Shown: piece after piece, positions 9,751 to 18,532 of the stretch
How the letters are laid out: each line of letters starts with the position of its first letter
Numbering within the stretch: position 1 is the first letter of the stretch
DNA from: an uncultured Candidatus Saccharibacteria bacterium
GTDB taxonomy: Bacteria > Patescibacteriota > Minisyncoccia > Phycocordibacterales > UBA2100
DNA: 64,000 nucleotides
Reading direction: 5' to 3'
Assembly (NCBI GenBank): GCA_964594735.1
Contig: CAZQMS010000001.1
Span: 62,523 to 126,522 of the forward strand
Notes under the pieces: generated by a model
The model's input: the letters and a program-made list of their open reading frames with translations, nothing else
The model's database searches: none
Told to the model about the DNA's origin: nothing
Program-made: the position numbers and the translations under genes

Positions 9751-11796
9751 TTATTGCGCCTGCGCTGCTTTTGCCGACTTGCGTGCTTTAGACTTAAGCA
9801 GCTTCTCGAGCTCTTGAATCTCGTCGCGTATGAGCGCTGCCGTCTCGAAGTCAAGATTGTCCGCTGCCTCATGCATCTGCTGCCGCTTGTCCCGCATGAG
9901 CTTCACCGGGTCGACGCTTTCTGCCGACATGTCGAGCTGTGCAAGCTCGCGCACTGTCGCCTGCCTTGATTTCTGAATATCGCCCATGATATCGAAAATC
10001 TTTTTCTTGATGGTCTGCGGAGTGATGCCATGCTTCTCGTTGTACGCCACCTGCACCGCGCGGCGGCGATTGGTTTCGCTTATGGCGCGCTCCATAGAGC
10101 CCGTGATGCTATCTGCGTAGAGGATGACGCGTCCGTGTACATTGCGCGCAGCTCGTCCGATAGTCTGAATCAAAGACGTCTCACTGCGGAGGAATCCTTC
10201 TTTGTCCGCGTCGAGAATGCCCACAAGTTCGACTTCCGGCAAATCAAGTCCTTCGCGCAGGAGGTTGACGCCGACAAGTACGTCGAACACGCCCTTGCGG
10301 AAATCCGTGAGAATCTCAATGCGGTCAATCGTTTTCACATCCGAGTGAATGTACCGCACTTTTATCTTCTTCTCTTCAAGAAATGTTGCGAGGTCCTCGG
10401 CCATCTTCTTGGTGAGTACCGTGACCATCGAGCGTACGCCACGCTTTGTAATGGCTTCTGCCTCTTGGATGAAATCGCGCACCTGCCCCTCGTATCCCTC
10501 ACTCGATATAATTGGCCGGATAACTATCTCCGGGTCGATAAGGCCTGTCGGGCGAATCACCTGCTCAATGGGCTTTCCCGAGCGCGCAGTCTCGTACGCA
10601 CCAGGAGTAGCCGAAGTGTAGATAACCTGGCCGATGCTTCGCTCGAATTCGTCGAATTTCAGTGGCCTGTTGTCGAGCGCGCTCGGCAGTCGGAAACCGT
10701 GCTCGATGAGCGTCTCTTTGCGCGCCTTGTCGCCCGCGTACATCGCGCCAATCTGCGGGATAGTGACGTGCGACTCGTCGACTACAGTGAGAAAATCGGG
10801 TGAGCCATCGGCCTTGTGCGGGAAGTACGAGAGCAACGAATACGATGGCTCTCCTGGCGAGCGCCTGTCAAAATGCCGCGAGTAGTTCTCGATCCCGTTG
10901 CAGTATCCAAACTCCTTAATCATCGCGAGGTCTTGGCGCGTACGGCGTTTCAGTCGCTCTGCCTCGAGAATCTTTCCACTTTCGTTTAGTACCTTAAGCC
11001 GCTCTTTGAGCTCGGTCTCGATATCGGCCACTGCTGCCTCTTTTACATCGTCGGGCGTGACATAGTGCTTGTGCGGAAAGAGGTACGCCGTCTCTACTTG
11101 GCGACGTATCTCGCGAGTGATGGGGTCCATTTCCTCAATTGTCCTGATAGTGCCGCCCGCAAGGTCGATGCGATACACGACGCGCTCCTGCGCGGGCATG
11201 ACTTCCACAAGGGAGCCAAGCGGTCGGAACGTGCCAGGAGAGAGGTCTCCTGCCGTTCTATCGAAGTACATCGAGATAAGCGTGCGCGTGAGCGATGCGC
11301 GCGTGTACGCCGCACCCGTATTGAGGTGGAGAATTGCCTTACCGTATTGCACGGGACTGCCGAGGCCGTATATGCACGAAACCGAGGCGACCACGATGAC
11401 GTCTTGGCGCGTGAGAAGTGCCTGAGTGGTCGCATGGCGAAGGCGCTCGATGTCCTCGTTTATCATTGCCTCCTTTTCGATATAGGTGTCCGATACGGCG
11501 ACGTACGCCTCTGGCTGATAGTAGTCGTAGTACGAGACGAAGTAGTGCACCGCAGCGTCAGGGAAGAACTCGCGGTACTCGCTCGCGAGCTGTGCTGCGA
11601 GCGTCTTGTTGTGGGCAATCACGAGCGTCGGCTTCTGAATCCGGTCTATCACATTGGCGACCGTGAATGTCTTGCCTGAGCCCGTGACACCGAGAAGCGT
11701 CTGGTCTCGCTTTCCCTCCCTGAGGCCTTGCACGAGTGCCTCTATAGCTTTGGGTTGGTCGCCTGCTGGAGTATATGTAGACTGGATTTTCAACAT
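9751..11796 (-). CDS. uvrB: Excinuclease ABC subunit B (UvrB)
   Basis: 681 aa; helicase motifs (GVTGSGKTF), beta-hairpin region (YFVSYYDYYQPEAY) and a C-terminal UVR domain (DFETAALIRDEIQEL). Confidence 0.97.
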   Translation of the reverse strand: MLKIQSTYTPAGDQPKAIEALVQGLREGKRDQTLLGVTGSGKTFTVANVIDRIQKPTLVIAHNKTLAAQLASEYREFFPDAAVHYFVSYYDYYQPEAYVAVSDTYIEKEAMINEDIERLRHATTQALLTRQDVIVVASVSCIYGLGSPVQYGKAILHLNTGAAYTRASLTRTLISMYFDRTAGDLSPGTFRPLGSLVEVMPAQERVVYRIDLAGGTIRTIEEMDPITREIRRQVETAYLFPHKHYVTPDDVKEAAVADIETELKERLKVLNESGKILEAERLKRRTRQDLAMIKEFGYCNGIENYSRHFDRRSPGEPSYSLLSYFPHKADGSPDFLTVVDESHVTIPQIGAMYAGDKARKETLIEHGFRLPSALDNRPLKFDEFERSIGQVIYTSATPGAYETARSGKPIEQVIRPTGLIDPEIVIRPIISSEGYEGQVRDFIQEAEAITKRGVRSMVTVLTKKMAEDLATFLEEKKIKVRYIHSDVKTIDRIEILTDFRKGVFDVLVGVNLLREGLDLPEVELVGILDADKEGFLRSETSLIQTIGRAARNVHGRVILYADSITGSMERAISETNRRRAVQVAYNEKHGITPQTIKKKIFDIMGDIQKSRQATVRELAQLDMSAESVDPVKLMRDKRQQMHEAADNLDFETAALIRDEIQELEKLLKSKARKSAKAAQAQ

Positions 11797-11811
11797 GAAC
11801 TACACACTCTA

Positions 11812-11850
11812 CCAAAAAGAAATCAGGCCGGCACCTCGCGGTGCCGGCCT
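11812..11850 (-). terminator. Strong rho-independent terminator on the minus strand, 15 nt upstream of the uvrB ATG
   Basis: Minus strand reads aggccggcacc-gcga-ggtgccggcct followed by GATTTCTTTTTGG; an 11-bp GC stem with a U-tract. Confidence 0.7.
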
Positions 11851-12296
11851 GTCTGTGCGCCATTTTGGCGCTTATCGCGCTCCTTGTCTTCCTCCACACG
11901 CTACGCGTCTCCGAAGAGGTACCTGAATTCGCGCGCGACGCGCTTCATCAGCTCTGCGTCCTGCGTCGAGTCTCCGGTATCCCGTACCTCTGCCCGGTAG
12001 CACACCATGCAGATAAACGAGTCGATAGAGCACGACGCCCGCCGCATCGCTTGGCCACAGCATCGTGGCACTTCCGAGCGAACGTATCCTTCGGTCCTTT
12101 GCTGCTCGTGCAACACCCTCTCCCCCATATGCAGAATCAGCGTACTCGGTGGAGCGATCAATCAAACGCGCGTTTGTACACGACCGCTGCGCGTGACTAT
12201 ACAGGTACATTTCTGTATGAATGATGAAGATCGGCATTTTGCGCTTATATGCGTCATGGGGTAATGTGGTCGCGGCATCACCACCGAGGAGGGTAC

Positions 12297-12590
12297 ATGT
12301 CTCCAGATACAAAGCGCTCTCGAAAGCATCCCGAACGCAAGGACGTCTTGCGACTTGTCCGTAAAAGCGGCAGAGACAAAGTCCGCAAGGCGCGTGAGGA
12401 GGCCGCTCGTCGACAGCACGAAAAGCAGGCTCCGGGGTTTGCAATCGCGGAGTCGCTTGTGGCAGGAATTCTTCGCGCTCGCAAGCTGGCCAACGGCCAT
12501 TCGATATCAAAAATTGCTGATGACCCAGAGAAGCTCGCGGAGTATATCCTCAAGACATCATTGCGAATACACGACGAGCTCGGTCTCTGA
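12297..12590 (+). CDS. Hypothetical small basic protein (97 aa; MSPDTKRSRKHPERKDVLRLVRK...)
   Basis: GGAGGG RBS 6 nt upstream of the ATG; followed by terminator 12613..12644. No family recognised. Confidence 0.5.
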   Translation: MSPDTKRSRKHPERKDVLRLVRKSGRDKVRKAREEAARRQHEKQAPGFAIAESLVAGILRARKLANGHSISKIADDPEKLAEYILKTSLRIHDELGL

Positions 12591-12612
12591 CGGGCATCCG
12601 CAGATTGCGCTA

Positions 12613-13866
<1,254 letters not shown>

Positions 13867-14041
13867 CTATAGCACCGCTATCGGTGCAGTCTATTTGCTG
13901 CGCGGTATTGAGCGCCTTCCCTTTCCTCCTGCACCGAACTGGCCTGCGCGCGATGGCATTCTCACTGGTGTCGATTGACGCGACTGCGGCTTATCGAAAT
14001 GCGGCTTATTGTTCTTTTTATTGAATCCTCCTCCTTTCATA

Positions 14042-15280
14042 TTAGTCAAATCGTAGCACGGCGACGTGCCTTTTGCCTCGCTTTAGTATCGCGCCGGGCG
14101 TGAGCGTCGCCTCAGTAAGCTTAGTATCTGCAGTTACCTTGGCGCCGTTGAGCGAAATCGCACCGTCGTCGAGAAATTGACGCGCTTCACGCTTTGATGC
14201 AGCGAGCCTCGTGTTCACAAGTACGTCCACAAGCGACTCACCAGGGCTTACAGCCGTCGCGGCGGCGGATTCGACTATCATGCGCATCGTTTTGTCATCC
14301 AATTGCTTTGCATCGCCAAACAGAAGCTCGGTCACGCGCTGTGCACGTCCCGATTCCTCCTTGCCGTGTACGAGCGCCGTGACTTCCTCCGCGAGCTTGC
14401 GCTGAGCGAAGCGCGCACCCGGATTCTTGGCGTGGTCCATTACCACGTCGTCAATGGTGACTTTCGAAAGAAGTGTGAGCTTGAGCAGCAGCTCGCCGAC
14501 AGACTCGTCGTCGACATTGAGAAAAAATTGGTACATCTGGTAGGCAGAGGTCTTCTTTGCGTCGAGCCACACAGCCCCGCCCTCACTCTTACCGAATTTT
14601 TTGCCAGTCGCCTTGTTGACGATAAGCGGCCAGGTAAGAGCATACACGGTCTTCTCCTCTTTTCTGCGAATGAATTCCACACCGGCGAGTATGTTGCTCC
14701 ACTGATCTGAGCCGCCCACCTGCACATCGCATCCGTACTCAGCATTGAGGTGCAAGTAATCGTAGCCCTGGAGGAGTGAGTAGCTGAATTCTGTAAACGA
14801 TATCGGCGACTCCTTTTCGAGCCGGTCTCGCACGATGTCCTTCTTTATCATTGCATTGACCGTGAAGTACTTGCCGACGTCGCGAAGGAATTCGACGAGG
14901 TTGAGCTTGGAGAGCCACTTGGCATTGTTCTCCTCGACAAAATCTTTGTCGCCGAAGACTTTGCGTATTTGCGCCGCTACAGCTTTGGAATTTTTCGCCA
15001 CCGTCTCCTCGTCGAGCAAATTGCGTTCTTCGCTTTTTCCGCCCGGGTCTCCTATCATTCCCGTCCCGCCCCCGGTCAGGATGATGACCTTGTGACCGTT
15101 CTCAATAAAATGTCGGAGCACGAGAAGACCTACAAGATTTCCCACATGCAGCGAGTCTGCGGAGGGGTCGATACCGAGATAGACGGTGCGCTTCGCGCCA
15201 TCGGTGATCTCCTCGAGCGTTTCCGACGAGTGCTGGTGTACGTACCCCCGCTCGCGCAGCGTGTCCGAGAGCTTCTCCAT
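14042..15280 (-). CDS. tyrS: Tyrosyl-tRNA synthetase (with C-terminal S4 domain)
   Basis: 412 aa; class I HIGH-type motif (HVGNL) and KFGKS (KMSKS) motif; S4-like C-terminus. Confidence 0.95.
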   Translation of the reverse strand: MEKLSDTLRERGYVHQHSSETLEEITDGAKRTVYLGIDPSADSLHVGNLVGLLVLRHFIENGHKVIILTGGGTGMIGDPGGKSEERNLLDEETVAKNSKAVAAQIRKVFGDKDFVEENNAKWLSKLNLVEFLRDVGKYFTVNAMIKKDIVRDRLEKESPISFTEFSYSLLQGYDYLHLNAEYGCDVQVGGSDQWSNILAGVEFIRRKEEKTVYALTWPLIVNKATGKKFGKSEGGAVWLDAKKTSAYQMYQFFLNVDDESVGELLLKLTLLSKVTIDDVVMDHAKNPGARFAQRKLAEEVTALVHGKEESGRAQRVTELLFGDAKQLDDKTMRMIVESAAATAVSPGESLVDVLVNTRLAASKREARQFLDDGAISLNGAKVTADTKLTEATLTPGAILKRGKRHVAVLRFD

Positions 15281-15306
15281 ATCAATGACACAACTATATC
15301 ACGCAG

Positions 15307-15696
15307 CTACTTTCCATCCCTCTGCCGCTCGCGAAACTGCACCTCGTGCTCGTTCATACCAAAGTGGTGCGCGAACTCGTGCCAGATTGTTTCGGCGATT
15401 ACCTGCGCCACCGGCAGCCCGTCGTCTAGCGCAGCCTGTTCTATCGGCCACTTGTAAAGCGTAATGGTGTCGGGCATCGTGATGCCAACGCCGTAGTGCT
15501 CACCGCGCTCCGTGAGTGGGATGCCTTGATAGTATCCTAGGAGCGTCTCATGCTCGCCGAGACCTTCCCTCTCTCGCACCTCCTCACTCGGTTCGTCCTC
15601 AGCAAGAATGGCAACATTCTGAATCTTCTCTCGCACCCACGCAGGCAGTTTCTCAAACCCCTCTTCAATGAGCTTCTCAAATTCGTCGTCCGGCAT
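15307..15696 (-). CDS. Small zincin-like metallopeptidase (HEFAHH; DUF1025/Zincin_1-like)
   Basis: HExxH motif (WHEFAHHFGMNE) in a ~130-aa protein. ATG at 15696 is preceded by TATAGT at 6-nt spacing (leaderless-type). The ORF track starts at a TTG at 15711. Confidence 0.7.
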   Translation of the reverse strand: MPDDEFEKLIEEGFEKLPAWVREKIQNVAILAEDEPSEEVREREGLGEHETLLGYYQGIPLTERGEHYGVGITMPDTITLYKWPIEQAALDDGLPVAQVIAETIWHEFAHHFGMNEHEVQFRERQRDGK

Positions 15697-15705
15697 GACA
15701 CTACT

Positions 15706-15745
15706 ATACAAAAAATGGATGAGCCCGGCATCATGCCGGGCTCAT
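15706..15745 (-). terminator. Intrinsic terminator (25-nt perfect palindrome tgagcccggcat-c-atgccgggctca followed by TTTTTTG on the minus strand)
   Basis: Sits between the methyltransferase stop (15751) and the metallopeptidase start. Confidence 0.5.
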
Positions 15746-15750
15746 GGAAG

Positions 15751-16452
15751 CTATACGGCCATAGCGCGAATGGCGAGCCGTACGGCAGGACACTTCATAT
15801 ACCGCTCGCGAGTTTGTTGGTCAACGTCATCAAGGGGTAGGGCCAGCTCCTCCATGGTGTCGATGTGAAATCTGGCAGCGTGGGTGATATCAACGAAGTC
15901 ACTCAGCGGCCTATGATAATCAGTCAGACGTGAACCCCACGGCGCCGTCACCGACATCCATCGCCTCTTCAGATAGTCGAACCCGGGCTCAAAATTGCGT
16001 AACGGATGCGTCACGACGTACACCAGCCGCGAACCGGATTTCAGTTGCTCGCGAAGTTTCGCAATTGCCAAGAAGAGCTGTTCGTTGTCGAAGCATTCAA
16101 ACAACATGTTCGCGGTCACGAGGTCGTAGCCCCCTGGCAGATCGAGATGGCGAACGTCTTGCTCCTTAAACGTTGCGCCTGGAAGCTTCGCGCAAGCAAT
16201 GGAAAGCATCTTTTCGCTTACGTCCACGCCAGTGACGTTGGCCGGATTCAGTCCGCACTCAACAAGCCATCGCGTCAGGCGACCGGTGCCACAGCCCGCG
16301 TCCAGCAACTTCGCTGACTCGTGGATGAACGGAAGTAGCAATCGGCGAAAAGCTGGGGCTTCTACGTATGTCCACGTCGGCGAACTAGCGGCGAAGGCAT
16401 CGAATGCCTCAGCTTCAGCGTTGTACAGATCACTTTGAACTGTGTGTTGCAT
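15751..16452 (-). CDS. Class I SAM-dependent methyltransferase
   Basis: LDAGCGTGRLT motif I; ATG at 16452 is preceded by AAGGAGG at 6-nt spacing. The ORF track extends to a GTG at 16476. Confidence 0.8.
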   Translation of the reverse strand: MQHTVQSDLYNAEAEAFDAFAASSPTWTYVEAPAFRRLLLPFIHESAKLLDAGCGTGRLTRWLVECGLNPANVTGVDVSEKMLSIACAKLPGATFKEQDVRHLDLPGGYDLVTANMLFECFDNEQLFLAIAKLREQLKSGSRLVYVVTHPLRNFEPGFDYLKRRWMSVTAPWGSRLTDYHRPLSDFVDITHAARFHIDTMEELALPLDDVDQQTRERYMKCPAVRLAIRAMAV

Positions 16453-16513
16453 GTGCGCCCTCCTTGCTAGCAGCACACTACCCTCAATTTCTTACCCTCA
16501 CAAGTCGCCGCCT

Positions 16514-16545
16514 CTATTACAGTGTTTTGCAAAACACTGTAATAG
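16514..16545. promoter_or_regulatory. 32-bp perfect palindrome ctattacagtgttttgcaaaacactgtaatag; candidate operator upstream of the methyltransferase promoter
   Basis: Perfect dyad, checked base by base. Core TTTTGCAAAACACT is shared with the site at 17482-17503. It lies ~11 nt upstream of a candidate TTGTGA, 17-nt spacer, TAGTGT promoter. Confidence 0.5.
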
Positions 16546-16590
16546 CAATTGGCGCACGAGTTCCGCGAAACGTGCACACCTCTAGTGTGC

Positions 16591-16629
16591 ATAAAAAGTT
16601 AACGGCCGGCTTCCCGAAAGAAGCCGGCC
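16591..16629 (-). terminator. Intrinsic terminator after the secreted-protein gene (ggccggcttc-ccgaaa-gaagccggcc + TTAACTTTTTAT on the minus strand)
   Basis: 10-bp GC stem plus U-tract, 22 nt downstream of the stop at 16652. Confidence 0.6.
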
Positions 16630-16651
16630 GATTTCGCGTCCGTGCTGGCAA

Positions 16652-17383
16652 CTACCAGCGCAACGTCGGACCTGTCCACGCGACGAAGCCCGTGTAGCGC
16701 TGGTCGCCAGCCGCGTAGCTCGTGTGGTGCATGAAATATCGCGCGCCAAGGTTCCACGTGAGCTCTTTCGTGACTGTCCACGAGCCAACCACGTCGAACC
16801 GCGTGTTCCACCCAGCACTGTTGCCGTACAGCGGCGTGGCATAGACCGTCCGCACGGCAGACGAGAGCGTAAAAGTCTCGTCGACCTTCCACGCGTGACG
16901 CAGTCCGAGCTCAAACACCGTGCCAGGATCAGCGTTGAACGGCACCACCTGCTTGAGAGACGCGTAAGGCGTGATTGTGTGAGCGCCGTGCTTGATGTCG
17001 TAGCTGACCGTCACAAACGGCTGCACCACGTCATCGTAACTGCGCGCCTGCGGCGGCAGGCTGAAGTACGATATGCCCGCCGTTACATTGACCAGAGCTG
17101 CACGGAAATCACAGGCCGCCGTAAGGTCGATCTCGGAGTAGTTACCCCCGAGGTGGTCATTGAAGGCGCGCCAGCCCCAGACATTACCCCAGCACCCACT
17201 CGGCGTATGACGCCCTGTGAAGCTGGCCTGATGACCAGCACCGTCGTGCACCTTTTTGCCGAGATCGCCGAGCACATAGCTCGACCAGGTGCTGGTCTCG
17301 AGCGTATGGTTGAACTGCGCAGTCGCCGGCGACACGCCGAGCATCAGCGCGACGAGCGGGAGAATCAATTGAATGGCTGCCAC
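16652..17383 (-). CDS. Secreted beta-strand-rich Trp/Tyr-rich protein with signal peptide; possible beta-barrel (MipA/OmpV- or CopB-like?); ends ...GFVAWTGPTLRW
   Basis: GTG at 17383 is preceded by AGAGGGGG at 6-nt spacing and gives the signal peptide MAAIQLILPLVALMLGVSPATA/QF. Alternative ATG at 17428. The track starts at a TTG at 17440. Alternating hydrophobic pattern with an aromatic C-terminus. Confidence 0.55.
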   Translation of the reverse strand: MAAIQLILPLVALMLGVSPATAQFNHTLETSTWSSYVLGDLGKKVHDGAGHQASFTGRHTPSGCWGNVWGWRAFNDHLGGNYSEIDLTAACDFRAALVNVTAGISYFSLPPQARSYDDVVQPFVTVSYDIKHGAHTITPYASLKQVVPFNADPGTVFELGLRHAWKVDETFTLSSAVRTVYATPLYGNSAGWNTRFDVVGSWTVTKELTWNLGARYFMHHTSYAAGDQRYTGFVAWTGPTLRW

Positions 17384-17481
17384 GGCAACCCCCTCTTTTA
17401 TCTGCGGCTCATGACCGCACTGCGGCATACCGTGCCACAATGTCCATATATAGTCAACCTCATGTCCCTCGCGTATCTATA

Positions 17482-17503
17482 CTAGTCTTTTGCAAAACAC
17501 TAG
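17482..17503. promoter_or_regulatory. 22-bp near-perfect palindrome ctagtcttttgcaaaacactag (1 mismatch); second copy of the TTTTGCAAAACACT operator motif
   Basis: Lies between the msrA stop and the start of secreted-protein gene 16652..17383; shares a 14-nt core with 16514-16545. Confidence 0.4.
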
Positions 17504-17509
17504 AATGGA

Positions 17510-18052
17510 TTATTGCCTTACAAGCTCCGCGAAGCGTTTCCGAACTTTCTCCACTTTGGGCTCAATAACGAGCTGGCAATATGGCGCACTTGCGTTGTTC
17601 TTGAAGTAGTCTTTGTGGTAGTCCTCGGCGGGATAGAAAGTATCAAGTGGCAGAATCTGTGTAACGACGCGCGTGCCATCGGTAAGCGAATCTTGAATAC
17701 CTTTGGACACACGCTCGGCCGTCGCCTTCTCTTCGTCAGTCGAGTACAGAATTACTGAGCGATACTGCTCCCCCACATCGGCACCTTGCCTGTTCGGCGT
17801 CGTCGGGTCATGCGAGCCGAAAAAAACTGTGAGCAGGTCCTCGTACGAAATTACCGCCGGGTCGTAGGTCACGCGTATCACCTCAGCGTGCCCTGTTGCT
17901 CCTGTACTAACTTGTTCATACGTTGGTGCGGCTTGTAGTGAGCTTGTCGAACCACCGGCATATCCCGGCTCTACCTTGCTCACGCCCTTCAACATCGCAA
18001 ACACCGCCTCCGTGCACCAGAAGCATCCACCACCGAAAACTGCCGTCTGCAT
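17510..18052 (-). CDS. msrA: Peptide methionine sulfoxide reductase MsrA
   Basis: 180 aa; GGGCFWC active site at the N-terminus. Confidence 0.95.
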   Translation of the reverse strand: MQTAVFGGGCFWCTEAVFAMLKGVSKVEPGYAGGSTSSLQAAPTYEQVSTGATGHAEVIRVTYDPAVISYEDLLTVFFGSHDPTTPNRQGADVGEQYRSVILYSTDEEKATAERVSKGIQDSLTDGTRVVTQILPLDTFYPAEDYHKDYFKNNASAPYCQLVIEPKVEKVRKRFAELVRQ

Positions 18053-18058
18053 CCAGTC

Positions 18059-18095
18059 ATTATACAGAAACGGCTCAACACGTGTTGAGCCGTTT
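18059..18095 (-). promoter_or_regulatory. msrA promoter/operator: TATAAT located 6 nt upstream of the ATG (leaderless-type), plus a 28-bp perfect palindrome aaacggctcaacacgtgttgagccgttt (18068-18095) over the -35 region
   Basis: Minus strand reads ...aaacggctcaacacgtgttgagccgttt-ctg-TATAAT-gactgg-ATG. The palindrome was checked base by base. Confidence 0.45.
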
Positions 18096-18239
18096 AGCCA
18101 TTCAATGGGACGGACTTCAGCGAGATTTAACCTTGCTGGATTTTACAACTTCGAGACCACGGGCTATAGAATATGGTTGCGATGGTAAACGGCTCACACC
18201 ATCAAGACCGCGCGGGCGCGCGACTTTGATGGGTAGAGC

Positions 18240-18272
18240 GAAGCCGCGGCGAGGTAAGCCTCGCCGCGGCTA
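18240..18272 (-). terminator. GC-rich hairpin (agccgcggcgagg-taag-cctcgccgcggct) immediately downstream of the 76-aa ORF; putative terminator lacking a clear U-tract
   Basis: 13-bp perfect stem, 6 nt after the stop at 18278. Confidence 0.4.
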
Positions 18273-18277
18273 CTTCT

Positions 18278-18508
18278 TTATCGATTGCGATTGTAATAGC
18301 ACGCACAGTTGTTCAGAAACTCCTCGCGAGGTAAGGAAAGGGGTTTAATGGATTTCCCCTCCGGCAACGCGCGCAGAAGATTCACCCAGCATCGTCTGTT
18401 GCCCGAATTGTTCAACTCGAGCCTAAACGCGTTGCGTAGTCGCATAATCTCCTGTCTCAACTGCCCAGGAGTCATGGACTTCAAATCATCGTCAATCTTT
18501 CGGGTCAT
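18278..18508 (-). CDS. Hypothetical protein (76 aa) downstream of lysS
   Basis: GGAGGTG RBS 4 nt before the ATG; followed by the hairpin at 18240-18272. No family recognised. Confidence 0.5.
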   Translation of the reverse strand: MTRKIDDDLKSMTPGQLRQEIMRLRNAFRLELNNSGNRRCWVNLLRALPEGKSIKPLSLPREEFLNNCACYYNRNR

Positions 18509-18532
18509 CGGACACCTCCGTTGAGACTATAC

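Noticed and set aside
10030-10803. 257-aa plus-strand ORF, and others at 11065..11679 and 7024..7734, antisense to uvrB and uvrA
   Set aside because: They lie inside strongly conserved UvrA/UvrB coding sequence on the opposite strand. Their composition is biased by mirror codon usage, with no start-site signals.
11872-12510. 212-aa minus-strand ORF spanning the uvrB-upstream gap and the small plus-strand gene
   Set aside because: Arg/Pro-rich, no homology; it overlaps the well-supported SD-preceded ORF 12297..12590 on the other strand and crosses the bidirectional terminator. Only the 11901..12161 sub-frame is kept as a speculative candidate in the findings.
16652-17440. Calling the secreted Trp-rich protein a definite outer-membrane beta-barrel (implying a diderm envelope)
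   Set aside because: The alternating pattern and aromatic C-terminus are suggestive, but I cannot verify a beta-barrel from sequence alone. Sortase and Gram-positive-like features elsewhere argue for caution; left as 'possible'.
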